The notes below the pieces were generated by a model. It ran no database searches. It was not told the origin of the DNA and saw nothing but the letters and a program-made list of their open reading frames with translations. Position numbers and translations under genes: made by a program. DNA of 61,569 bases, filler included, from Pirum gemmata (Eukaryota), in assembly GCA_002812295.1 (NCBI GenBank). It is 20 parts of 20 records of this genome, joined end to end, with 100 filler letters (N's around TTAATTAATTAA, not from the genome) between each part and the next. Parts side by side here need not be neighbours in the genome. Positions count along the whole stretch, not along the records: positions 12,267 to 15,212 come from PDIN01003971.1; positions 15,313 to 18,288 come from PDIN01003972.1; positions 18,389 to 21,364 come from PDIN01003973.1; positions 21,465 to 24,382 come from PDIN01003974.1; 16 more parts are not named here. The stretch is one strand, 5' to 3'. Positions 13,008 through 22,472 of the stretch are shown one piece after another. Positions within the stretch are counted from its first letter, which is position 1. Each line of letters begins with the position of its first letter.

Positions 13008-13385
13008 TTACGAAATAAAACCAATAAGAACAAAGTCATACAGAAATGTGTCGAAGTTTGGTGCTTTTGTATAGAAGACAATAGCAAAAGCAAATTGAAC
13101 TTGGACTGATATCCACAAATTATTTGAACAGATCAGGTTTATTTTGGGAGTGACGTCGAAACTTGAATGCACGCTAGTGAAGAATAAGAGTTCACATATG
13201 GAAGGCAAAGAGATTACCGATAGAAATACGACCTTGACGATTTTTAGCACTTCCAATTTTCTTTTGACCTTTTGAATTTTCAAGAAATAGTTCAAGAACA
13301 AAAGACATGCAGTCAGTGTAGTTACAAAACCAGTGTTGTACATGGGTAAGATGTGTGTTTTAAACTCGTTGTAGTAACTGGTCAT
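13008..13385 (-). CDS. Small hydrophobic hypothetical protein overlapping the 3' end of the RPB10-like gene
   Basis: Intronless ORF from ATG (MTSYYNEF..) with 2-3 hydrophobic segments; GC is visibly higher than in the flanks. Confidence 0.5.
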   Translation of the reverse strand: MTSYYNEFKTHILPMYNTGFVTTLTACLLFLNYFLKIQKVKRKLEVLKIVKVVFLSVISLPSICELLFFTSVHSSFDVTPKINLICSNNLWISVQVQFAFAIVFYTKAPNFDTFLYDFVLIGFIS

Positions 13386-13584
13386 CTTCACAATACATCA
13401 TCACCTTGTCGCAGAGAGTAGGGTCAAAAGCAATAAACATACGACGACAACAATACCGTGTAATGTTACAATGATCCAAAGCCTTACCGAGGGTAAAGTT
13501 ATATTTATTGACCAAGCGGTAAACTTTAGCTTCTTTGCTTGCAATGATTGAATTACAAGTATGACAACGAATAGCCAAAAACAT
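13360..13584 (-). CDS. RPB10: Divergent RNA polymerase subunit RPB10/RpoN homolog
   Basis: 74 aa with IRCHTC (CxxC) and ALDHCNITRYCCRRMF, matching the family signature VRCFTC ... ALD.LGL.RYCCRRML. Confidence 0.9.
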   Translation of the reverse strand: MFLAIRCHTCNSIIASKEAKVYRLVNKYNFTLGKALDHCNITRYCCRRMFIAFDPTLCDKVMMYCEDDQLLQRV

Positions 13585-13674
13585 TTTTTTTAATAAGCAA
13601 AAAAAAAATGATTTTTTAAAAACTGTTCGAAAACTTGTTTTTAAATACTTTTTTTTAATAATAAAATAAACACT

Positions 13675-13947
13675 ATGACGGAGAAAAAAGAAGATGTCAT
13701 TTTAGAGATGGTATTATCTCGGGATTTAGAAACACTGAAAGAGAGATACGAGGCTTCGCACATCGATGTAATGGGACGGTATGCCAGTAAGTTAGATGAG
13801 TTAAGTAATAAGATCAAAGAAATCTCGGATGACGATGATAACAAGGAGGAGAAAATTCTGGAACAAGAACGCATCACGAGCAACATAATAATAATATACT
13901 ATATAAATTCAAATGAATTACAATTAATTTTTTATTCATTATTCTAA
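13675..13947 (+). CDS. Acidic coiled-coil hypothetical protein, divergently transcribed, probably 3'-truncated
   Basis: ATG 90 bp from the RPB10 start; coding-like to ~13885, then runs into AT-rich low-complexity DNA. Confidence 0.45.
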   Translation: MTEKKEDVILEMVLSRDLETLKERYEASHIDVMGRYASKLDELSNKIKEISDDDDNKEEKILEQERITSNIIIIYYINSNELQLIFYSLF

Positions 13948-14111
13948 AAAATAAATATTTTTGTTCTCTTTTTGTTAATTCAAATCAATTTTGTTACATT
14001 AATTACTATGGCTGACAATTATGATGACTAATTTCATTATAAATTATAAATTACAATCAATTTATCATTAAAATATTATATACAATAATGATAGTCTAAA
14101 GCATTAATTGT

Positions 14112-14678
14112 TTACATTTTACTTTTTGTTCCTAATTGCTTATTGCAACGACTGCATATATGATCAACATCCTTAAGCTCATCAACGCAAAATGGAATTA
14201 AACAACAACCAAACCAACAGCCAAACAGACATAAACCACCAGCAGCTAACCAAGTCATTGCACCGGATTTTCTATTGACTATCGTAGTTTGTGTTTCTTG
14301 ACAGTAAGGACACTGCACGGTACAAGGACCACTATTACTTAATTGATATGGATGAAAACTAGCTGTTTGTTGAGGAGCGTATTGTGATGGTTGTTTCATG
14401 TTTGGTTGAGAATGATATTGTGGTGTAGGTTGCGCTTGTGGATATGTTGGTTGATGTGATGATGGAGGAGCACTTTGGTAAGGTTGCGCCTGAGGAAATT
14501 GTTGTTGTGGATATTGTTGTTGTGGGTATTGTTGTTGTGGATATTGTTGTTGTGGAAATTGTTGTTCAGGAAATTGTTGTTGTTGTTGTTGTTGTACTGG
14601 CGGGTATTGATGTTGTTGCTTGCTATCTCCTTGGTAAGCTGGAGGGGCTGCGTCCATATTGTTATTATTGGGATTCAT
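14112..14678 (-). CDS. LITAF: LITAF/CDIP1-like zinc-ribbon membrane-associated protein
   Basis: PPAY motif, P/Q-rich N-terminus, then CPYC..TWLAAGGLCLFGCWFGCCLIPFCVDELKDVDHICSRC. Likely start is MNPNNNN at 14678. Confidence 0.92.
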   Translation of the reverse strand: MNPNNNNMDAAPPAYQGDSKQQHQYPPVQQQQQQQFPEQQFPQQQYPQQQYPQQQYPQQQFPQAQPYQSAPPSSHQPTYPQAQPTPQYHSQPNMKQPSQYAPQQTASFHPYQLSNSGPCTVQCPYCQETQTTIVNRKSGAMTWLAAGGLCLFGCWFGCCLIPFCVDELKDVDHICSRCNKQLGTKSKM

Positions 14679-15312
14679 TTTTTTTAGTTTTCCGAAATAA
14701 ATTTGTAATTTTCTAGTTTCTTTTTTTTCTCTCTTTCTAATTTTTTTATAACTAAAATACTTACTCCTATTTATTATTTTTTTTTTAATTTTTTTTTTTT
14801 TTAATTTTTTCATATTTTTTTATCATATTTATACGTGTTTTGGACAGTTGGGCTCAAGGTTGTCTGTTGTGGCCTGGTAGTGCCTGGCTCATCTACCCCT
14901 TCTTTCGTATTTTCTGAATAATGTATAACGTCTATTTCATTACAGTTTTCCTCTCAATGTTTAATTTGGTATTGTTTAAGTATATAATTGAACTTGTTTA
15001 TTATAAATATACAGTATTTAGTATCAAATACCAAATTAATTAAAACATATCTGATAGTTTAATCATAACAATAATTTGGTACGTTTATTTCACTAGGTTT
15101 ATTTCAGTTTTTGAACTGACAGTCTCAAAGCGTATACTACTCTACGGGTTAGGTTAGATTCAGGGTTAAGATTGGGTTTAAGCTTAGGGTTAGGGTTAGG
15201 GTTAGGGTTAGGNNNNNNNNNNNNNNNNNNNNNNNNNNNNNNNNNNNNNNNNNNNNTTAATTAATTAANNNNNNNNNNNNNNNNNNNNNNNNNNNNNNNN
15301 NNNNNNNNNNNN

Positions 15313-15420
15313 CGTCTTCACTAATATATACACTATCTTCAAAATCGTCACCAATCATTTTTCAACCCGAATAGTAATTACCCTAGTAATCCAAATTTTA
15401 AACATATTATTATTATTATT
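15313..15420 (-). repeat. 5' end of a second tandem copy of the 885-aa gene
   Basis: About 105 bp identical to 18156-18260 (upstream region, ATG and first codons); period 2843 bp. Confidence 0.9.
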
Positions 15421-15543
15421 ATTATTATTAGTTATTATTATTATTATTATTACTAGTTATTATTATTATTATTATTATAATTTATATAAATATATAAAAG
15501 TATCGTATTATTAATTTTTTTGTTTTACATTTCTTGCAGAACT

Positions 15544-18201
15544 TCAACCTTGAACGATATTTACCTTTAATTTAGAATAATTTCTATTGTATATTTCAAG
15601 TGTTTTAGAGAAATAATCAGCTGAATTAATATCTGGCCATTCAGTTTCGTATTTTTCTCGAACTGCATCTTTCAATAGTTGAAAAAGTAGGGTTTCTTTG
15701 ATTTTCAGTACTGTCAGATGGTTATAAAATAGGTAAAAGCTAACACTATTCCTGTTACTCCGTTTGTGATGCAAAAAATATGGTATAAATGGAGATTGCA
15801 TAGAAAAACTTGTGCAAAATTGAATGGTAGAATTAGTTTGTTTTTTAGATCCAACAATTTCAAAACACACCGGTTCTTTTTCCAGACATAAATATATCAA
15901 AAAAATAAAACCACGATTTCCAATAATCAGATCCTTCATATCCTTTGCTTTTGTCATTTTAGTATTAAAAATATTTAAATGGTCTGTTATAGTTCTTTGT
16001 AATCGTTCAGGGTAATTTGGACTTGATTGAAATCGAAGGAGTTTTGTAAAATAACAAAAATCAGTAAACTGTCTCTCGATAAAATCAATATCAACATACT
16101 CACCAACATCACTTTTTGTTATAAAAAAATTTGATGCTACAGGATTGTGTTCTAGTTGGTGTAGAACAGGTAATGCAGTATTATTAATATTACTTTTTAA
16201 GCGATAATGAAATTTTGTCATTAACAGTTCAATTGTTCGTTTGTCGATAACGAGGACTTTCTCGCATCCTTTATATAAACTTGGAATGCATTTAGGAACT
16301 AGAGTACAACCGTAGAAAAGAGTGTGAGTTATAAATTGAACATCACTAAAACCTTTGACAAATGGATAATTATTAAAGTAAATGTTTGATTTATCTTTTG
16401 GAATTCCAGCCAAAGCAACCATTACAGGCAAATCCTGTACATGTCTATCTTCACTTTCAACCTGATTATAATAATTGACATATCTACTAACAGCAATAAG
16501 AATATGCGTACCCAAATCAGTAAACAAGTTACTCTTACCACTACCACATGCTCTAGAGGCAACATTAATAATAGTTTCGACTGAATTTTCTAACTCAAAA
16601 GCTTCAAAAACACCACTACTTAAATGTAAAAACATGGTATTGCAATGAAAATTGGGACAGTTCATGCTCATCCCAACAAAGAAACTAACATAAGAAACAC
16701 AAAATATTTTGGTAAACAAAGTAGCATTTACTATAACAGATAAAATTTCTGAAACTACAATTTTTCCTTCATTATTAAAAGTCCATTGTTTAAAACCGTA
16801 ATGATTAAAAAATCCCGTAAACTTACCAGATCCTAATCTTTTCAGCTGTTTTTCACACTTTTCACACTTTGCTATCGTTTCTGCATCTGTATCTTTTGGT
16901 ATTGGTAGTAATACAGAAATTGAACACTGATCATCTACATAAATAACACAATACGAAAGAAAATTTAATTCTGTAACAATTTTTAAAAACCTCTGAATAT
17001 TGGCTTCAACTTTCCATTCTCCTTTTTCTTCATAAGCAAATTTATCAAAAACGAAAAGACCCCCTTGTGGATTTTTCGTATCATTATCAACCTGCGCAAT
17101 CAATTCAAGACACCCTCTTATGCCTGAATCTTCACAAAGATTTCCCACTTCCTCCTTACTATCGCAAACTATGGGGACATAAGCAAGTTCTTGATTTTCA
17201 AAATCGTTAATTAACTTATTTTGCGCTTTTTGGTCACATTCATAACCATCACAATCATCATTAGTACATGATTTTTGACATTCTTTTTTAATAACTTTTA
17301 GATTTACATCCAAAAGCGAAGTAAAGGTCTTACTAAATATTGGTTCGATGTTAAACAATCTATTATCAGTGTAATTAAAGGCACCAATGAGTTGGGCAAG
17401 ACTCTTTCCACTAGGAGATATAAGCCTCATATATTTACACAGTCCAGTATTGTTACTATCTAACATGCTACACATACCATCAAGAAAACGTTTGAAGTAA
17501 ATAGTATCTTTCAAAGCATCCATTTCATCAATTATCAACCCAAATTTAGGTAGAAAATCCAACAAGCATTCTCCTTTAACTTCAATGATGTATGGATTTA
17601 GTATAAAAACATACTTTTTTGCATCATCCTTCCTTGCACTATAAGATTTCAACATATCAAAAGTATCAATAAATTTAATTTCTATAAAATCTGCTGTCCG
17701 ATCATAGAAACCTTCAGAATTTACGTGTGTACCAGATTTTAAAAAAAGAATAAAGCTAAACAAAATAGAATTGTACATTTGTTCTACTTCTTTGTGTAAG
17801 CCACGAAAACATTTATTTCCAGGAATAAAGTAAACACATTTTAATCTATCAGTATAAAAAAGTAGAATAATACTTTCTAATATACACATATAACCTTTAC
17901 CAGAACGTGGCTCACCAATTACATTAAGGAAAAAACTACCTATTTTTACACAAAAATCATCTACAAAGTCTTTATGCGCTTTAATCTCCTCATTATAAAA
18001 ACGAGTATATAAAAAGATTTTGATCAAAAGTTTTAAATCATGTGTAAGTTCATTATTTTCTAAGAATTCTGGTTTTTTACAAATATCAGAAAATTTCTCA
18101 AATAAACTTTCTATTTCAATATCAGCCTCGATACCTTCATTGTCACTACTACTCGCGTCTTCACTAATATATACACTATCTTCAAAATCGTCACCAATCA
18201 T
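15544..18201 (-). CDS. Intronless 885-aa divergent P-loop NTPase, SF2-helicase-like
   Basis: Walker A-like VIGEPRSGKG, strand CVYFIP, Walker B LIIDEMD, motif III-like LISPS and motif VI-like INVASRACG, in SF2 order. An in-frame TGA two codons upstream supports the ATG. Confidence 0.6.
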   Translation of the reverse strand: MIGDDFEDSVYISEDASSSDNEGIEADIEIESLFEKFSDICKKPEFLENNELTHDLKLLIKIFLYTRFYNEEIKAHKDFVDDFCVKIGSFFLNVIGEPRSGKGYMCILESIILLFYTDRLKCVYFIPGNKCFRGLHKEVEQMYNSILFSFILFLKSGTHVNSEGFYDRTADFIEIKFIDTFDMLKSYSARKDDAKKYVFILNPYIIEVKGECLLDFLPKFGLIIDEMDALKDTIYFKRFLDGMCSMLDSNNTGLCKYMRLISPSGKSLAQLIGAFNYTDNRLFNIEPIFSKTFTSLLDVNLKVIKKECQKSCTNDDCDGYECDQKAQNKLINDFENQELAYVPIVCDSKEEVGNLCEDSGIRGCLELIAQVDNDTKNPQGGLFVFDKFAYEEKGEWKVEANIQRFLKIVTELNFLSYCVIYVDDQCSISVLLPIPKDTDAETIAKCEKCEKQLKRLGSGKFTGFFNHYGFKQWTFNNEGKIVVSEILSVIVNATLFTKIFCVSYVSFFVGMSMNCPNFHCNTMFLHLSSGVFEAFELENSVETIINVASRACGSGKSNLFTDLGTHILIAVSRYVNYYNQVESEDRHVQDLPVMVALAGIPKDKSNIYFNNYPFVKGFSDVQFITHTLFYGCTLVPKCIPSLYKGCEKVLVIDKRTIELLMTKFHYRLKSNINNTALPVLHQLEHNPVASNFFITKSDVGEYVDIDFIERQFTDFCYFTKLLRFQSSPNYPERLQRTITDHLNIFNTKMTKAKDMKDLIIGNRGFIFLIYLCLEKEPVCFEIVGSKKQTNSTIQFCTSFSMQSPFIPYFLHHKRSNRNSVSFYLFYNHLTVLKIKETLLFQLLKDAVREKYETEWPDINSADYFSKTLEIYNRNYSKLKVNIVQG

Positions 18202-18576
18202 TTTTCAACCCGAATAGTAATTACCCTAGTAATCCAAATTTTAAACATATTATTATTATTATTAGTATTAGTATTAATATTAGTATTANNNNNNNNNNNN
18301 NNNNNNNNNNNNNNNNNNNNNNNNNNNNNNNNTTAATTAATTAANNNNNNNNNNNNNNNNNNNNNNNNNNNNNNNNNNNNNNNNNNNNATAGAAATTTGT
18401 ATATAATTATAAAGATTTTTTTTTTTTTTTGAATCATAAAAAATAAAAATATTAATTAAAAAATTGAATTTTTTAATTATTACTGTATACTTAATTATTA
18501 TAAATACGTGCAAAAAAGAAAGAAAAAGTACAAGGTAGTCTTTTACATTTATTACAAATAATTAATTTTTCTAAAA

Positions 18577-19394
18577 ATGAATGTCTGTAAAACTGCAATT
18601 CTGTTTCTAACAAACGGCCTTTGTAAGTGTAAACGCTGCAGGAATCTGGGAAAATGGAGTTCATGAACTGACAGTCTACGATTCTGGCAGTGATACTAGA
18701 TTTTTAATAGGAGAGGATTGTACCACTGCGTATTATATTAATATGAAAATGCAAAATTATTTTTATGAAACTAACAGCAATTCTGAATCTATCAGGGCAA
18801 CAATGGAAGTCATAGGCGATCGATATGATGGTCAAGTACTTGGATATTGCTCTACAAATGGCTACCAAATATCTAGGAGGGATTACACAATGTGCACTTC
18901 TAATTCACGAGACAATAAAAATATACAAATAAGATATTAATATGCTTGTAGAGATGAAGGCGGAAGTAGCTGCACTATCGATATAAGCTGGAAATTTGAA
19001 TGTGCAAGAGATGGTGAGTGGGGGGAATGGTCCAGTTGGGGTACATGCTCATAGAAAGCCCACAAGGGCTCGTAATTGTATTAACTGGGATGGTGGTATT
19101 CAATGTGAAGGTGACAGCAAGGAGGAAAGAGATTGTAATCACCCTATTAAGGAAATATGGAGTTCTTGGTGCAACTGCTCAAAAGTGTGTAGTTCTGGAG
19201 AACAGAATAGAGCTCGTTCTTGCTATGGTCCTTTTTATGGCGGTGATAAATGTAATGGGGAAGAGGTACAAACTCTGAGTTGTAATACCCAAGATTGCAA
19301 ATTTCCAAAAACCAAAATATGGTTATATACTAGTGATACTGGCTGTGTTAATAAAGATTACTCAGAAGAAGGACAAATGGAGTTGATCATTTAA
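18577..19394 (+). pseudogene. Thrombospondin type-1 repeat protein pseudogene
   Basis: GKWSS*T; DGEWGEWSSWGTCS*; then in another frame TRARNC..GGIQCEGDSKEERDCN and WSSWCNCSKVCSSGEQNRARSC..GGDKCNGEEVQTLSCNTQDC. Several stops and frameshifts. Confidence 0.8.
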
Positions 19395-20433
19395 ATTTTT
19401 TAGGCAGCCCCTTTTCGTTAAATATTACATATAACTACGAAAAAGAAAATTATGTTGTGGAATGTTATTCAGAAAAATATTATTCTGCTGATTATGATTC
19501 TAAAAGTATTCTAAAGCAGATCATGTCGAGATTGGTGATTGCCAACTCCAACAAATAGCTGGTTTGAAAATTGATTATACCTTAGAAATTTATACTGAAC
19601 CAGAGCCTGAAAAAGAGCTTGAAAGGGGATATGCATCAATAGCTTCAATATCCTTATCTTTAATATTGTATGGGTTTCTTTCAGCAGGGTAGTGTAAAGA
19701 TTGTTAAAAGAACTTCTTCTAGATTTCATCATAAACAAACATAGACCTAACATTATGCGGGCCTATTATGATATTGTTTTTTTTTAAACTCCCCTTACAT
19801 TCCTTATTTGTTGATATTACTACAATAATTGGTATACGTACATTCTGGCCATAATATTTGAATCCATGGGAGGGAACCCGGGTCTTATAGAAAATTCTCT
19901 TCAAACATTCGTATCTCCATTGATGTTGTTGGTATGAAGTAAGCTCATAACTTGATCTTCGTGTTTGCAATAATAATAATAATCATACTTTACAAATGGA
20001 TGCCAATATATATAAGCTGTTGAAGAAAGTCCAGCTCCCCGCCTATGATCTATGATTTCATACTATTTCATTTGTATTATATTTTCTATAGATAAGAAAT
20101 ATCAATATTAGCCATAATAATTATTGTAAAGTAATTGTAATGTTTTTTTTTTTTATGCTATGAACATATCATAAAAAGAAATAAAATAAAAGTAATATTA
20201 GATCTGCAAATATTCAATAAATTGTATTCAAAACAATTCATTAATAATAAGGGATATGATAGGTCTAAAAGGTGTAAGTATCAAGATACTGGTAGTATTC
20301 AATACTCACTATTAGTCAATACTCATACTCGTAGCGTGGAAGTTTATCTATATATGGTATTTTTTAAAAAGTTTATCAATAAAACCAAGGAGTTTTTATA
20401 ATTTCGAAAGAAGTTTTTTTTTTTTTTTTTTTT

Positions 20434-20680
20434 TTAACAAACAGCCAAGCCGAATAAAACTGTAGAAATCATTTTTATTAGACTTCTTTTAAAAAACCTT
20501 TATTGATAACTAGCTAAATTATTTTTAAAAACTAGCCATTGGTTTATAATAGAGTTTTCTTAGCTACACGATTTCTCACAATTTGGTAGTACTTTCATTA
20601 AAATTGGATCATTTTGAGATTTTTTGGATTTTTGAGCTCATATGGCGGATGTCGCCATTTTTATCCGACTTGGTAATTAA
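20434..20680 (+). mobile_element. MITE family 3 (~245 bp, TTAA-flanked, piggyBac-like)
   Basis: TTAA-CAGCCAAGCCGGATAAAA ... TTTTATCCGGCTTGGTAG-TTAA. Copies at about 27193-27443, 29703-29954, 37649-37862, 51542-51778(-) and 57578-57820(-); partial copies at 1830-1862 and 26916-27117. Confidence 0.85.
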
Positions 20681-20845
20681 AAAAAAAAAAGAAATGTAGG
20701 TATAGTAAATATATCAGAATATGATAATATATATGCAGTACCTAATATCCTTCTACATTGTAATTAATATCGCATTTTGATTTATAATTTATAGGATATA
20801 TGTATTAAAGTTTGTATTAACTTCGTATCATTTTTATAGCAGATA

Positions 20846-21150
20846 ATGGACTCTGGGTCATATGCACTGAATCAACCAGGCATAGAATTAGGAAGAATTA
20901 ATACATCCTTGAAACATTCTGTCAGACACAGTTTCAATCCAGAAAATGAAGCTGTAAGCCCCCCACCGAACACAGAAAACAATTGCAATAACTCTATGGG
21001 AGCAGAAGTGGAAGCGGAAACAGAGGAACAAACAGCACCCACCAGAAAAGAACATGAACGGTGGAACTCTTTTCTAATTATATTATCTATTTCTTTCTGG
21101 GCTTATGTTGGTGTGATCATACGAATTTATCTGGACGAATACGTTGGGGT
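20846..21150 (+). CDS. 5' exon of a membrane protein, possibly fluoride exporter FEX/CrcB-type
   Basis: Hydrophilic N-terminus followed by LIILSISFWAYVGVIIRIYL (GxxxR in TM1 is typical of Fluc/FEX). Exon end approximate; the rest is outside the contig. Confidence 0.4.
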
Positions 21151-21492
21151 ATTGCAAATCCATTTCCTTTTACTGACCTTGCTTTCAAAACTTTTTTGTT
21201 TCTATTTCTTTGCATTTCAGTTTTGCCTTGGTGTGCAATATCATAATCATTATCATTATCATTATCATTATCATTATCATTATCATTATCATTATCATTA
21301 TCGTTATCGTTATTTTTTATCTTTGTCTTTGTCTTTATCTTTATCTTTATCAATATCTTATTCANNNNNNNNNNNNNNNNNNNNNNNNNNNNNNNNNNNN
21401 NNNNNNNNTTAATTAATTAANNNNNNNNNNNNNNNNNNNNNNNNNNNNNNNNNNNNNNNNNNNNACACACACACACACACACACACACACAC

Positions 21493-21545
<53 letters not shown>

Positions 21546-22003
21546 GAAAGAAATAAAGGAAACAAGAACAAACAAAAATATGACACTATCAAGAAAAATA
21601 AAAATAAAAATAAAAATAAAAAGCAAGTGGGAAGTAGATATGAATAGGTAAAATAAAAACAAAAAATTAAAAACTAAACATAAAAATATCCCACCTCAGC
21701 TCTCACAACACCTAAATAATAACGCCTAACCTAGCTTTGCATCCAACCCACTGAAGTAACCCTGTACCTAAACTAGCCCATCACTAACCTAGCCCTAAAC
21801 CTAGCCTAGCTCTAAATCCAACCTAAGCCCCCACCTAACCTAACCGAACCTTACACTGATCCAACCATACACTAATCCAACCTTACACCTGGCAGCAACC
21901 TTATACCAGCTAAACGACTGGTAAAGAAACTATTGATAAACTGAAAAAGGGGCCAAGGGTGAAAAAGCTAGGGTGGTCAATTTTACATCAAATTTTAACC
22001 CTG

Positions 22004-22231
22004 GGAGATGCGGGAAAAACCATCGAATCGAGACTAGTTCGAAACTTTCGAAATTTTTCGATCTAATTTTAAGTATGGACTCGCTTTTGATTTCATTAAA
22101 AAATTCTTAAAATTCTTGGAAATTTCATAGAAAAAAACTTGAAACTCGAAAAAAAAAAGAATATCATTTCAAAATTGTCAATATTTAATAATTAGTATCG
22201 AGCTGTTTGATTCGATTACGTCCGTATCTCC
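22004..22231 (+). mobile_element. MITE family 5 (PIF/Harbinger-like, 3-bp TSD)
   Basis: GGAGATGCGG...CCGTATCTCC flanked by CTG on both sides. Second copy at 31246-31435 (GGAGATGCGGGAAAA/TTTTCCCGCATTTCC). Confidence 0.75.
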
Positions 22232-22277
22232 CTGATATAAATTTAGCTCTTGATTTTAAAAAGTGATCAAAATTTAC

Positions 22278-22348
22278 CTGTGTCATACAAAACTGTCGGA
22301 AAAGCCTTCGGCCGATGGGTTGCCAGTATATTTTCTCGAAGGTAAGAT
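22278..22348 (-). CDS. GRK: Exon of a G protein-coupled receptor kinase (RGS-homology domain)
   Basis: TTAG|AT..ACACAG|GTAAAT exon encodes (x)LTFEKIYWQPIGRRLFRQFCMTQ, matching GRK4/5/6 QPIGRLLFRQFC and GRK2 VTFEKIF. Not in the ORF track. Confidence 0.8.
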
Positions 22349-22472
22349 CTAATAAATAATAAGTAATAAATATTACTCATTAATATTATTGATTAATAAT
22401 AGTAATAAAAATGATAATAATAATAATATTAATATTAATCAATAAATTGAGAATAAAGAGCTTCATAAATAC

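Noticed and set aside
14679..14813. Lys-rich N-terminal extension of LITAF in the ORF track
   Set aside because: Translation of A-rich 5' flank; the ATG at 14678 with AAAA context is more plausible.
6187..18201. Kelch-ankyrin, RPB10 cassette and helicase-like gene as one viral locus or operon
   Set aside because: They lie on different contigs separated by linkers, so adjacency is arbitrary.
18655..18670. TGA read as Trp (WSS*T) implying an alternative genetic code
   Set aside because: The same region has frameshifts and a TAG, intact genes use TGG for Trp, and the 885-aa ORF ends in TGA.
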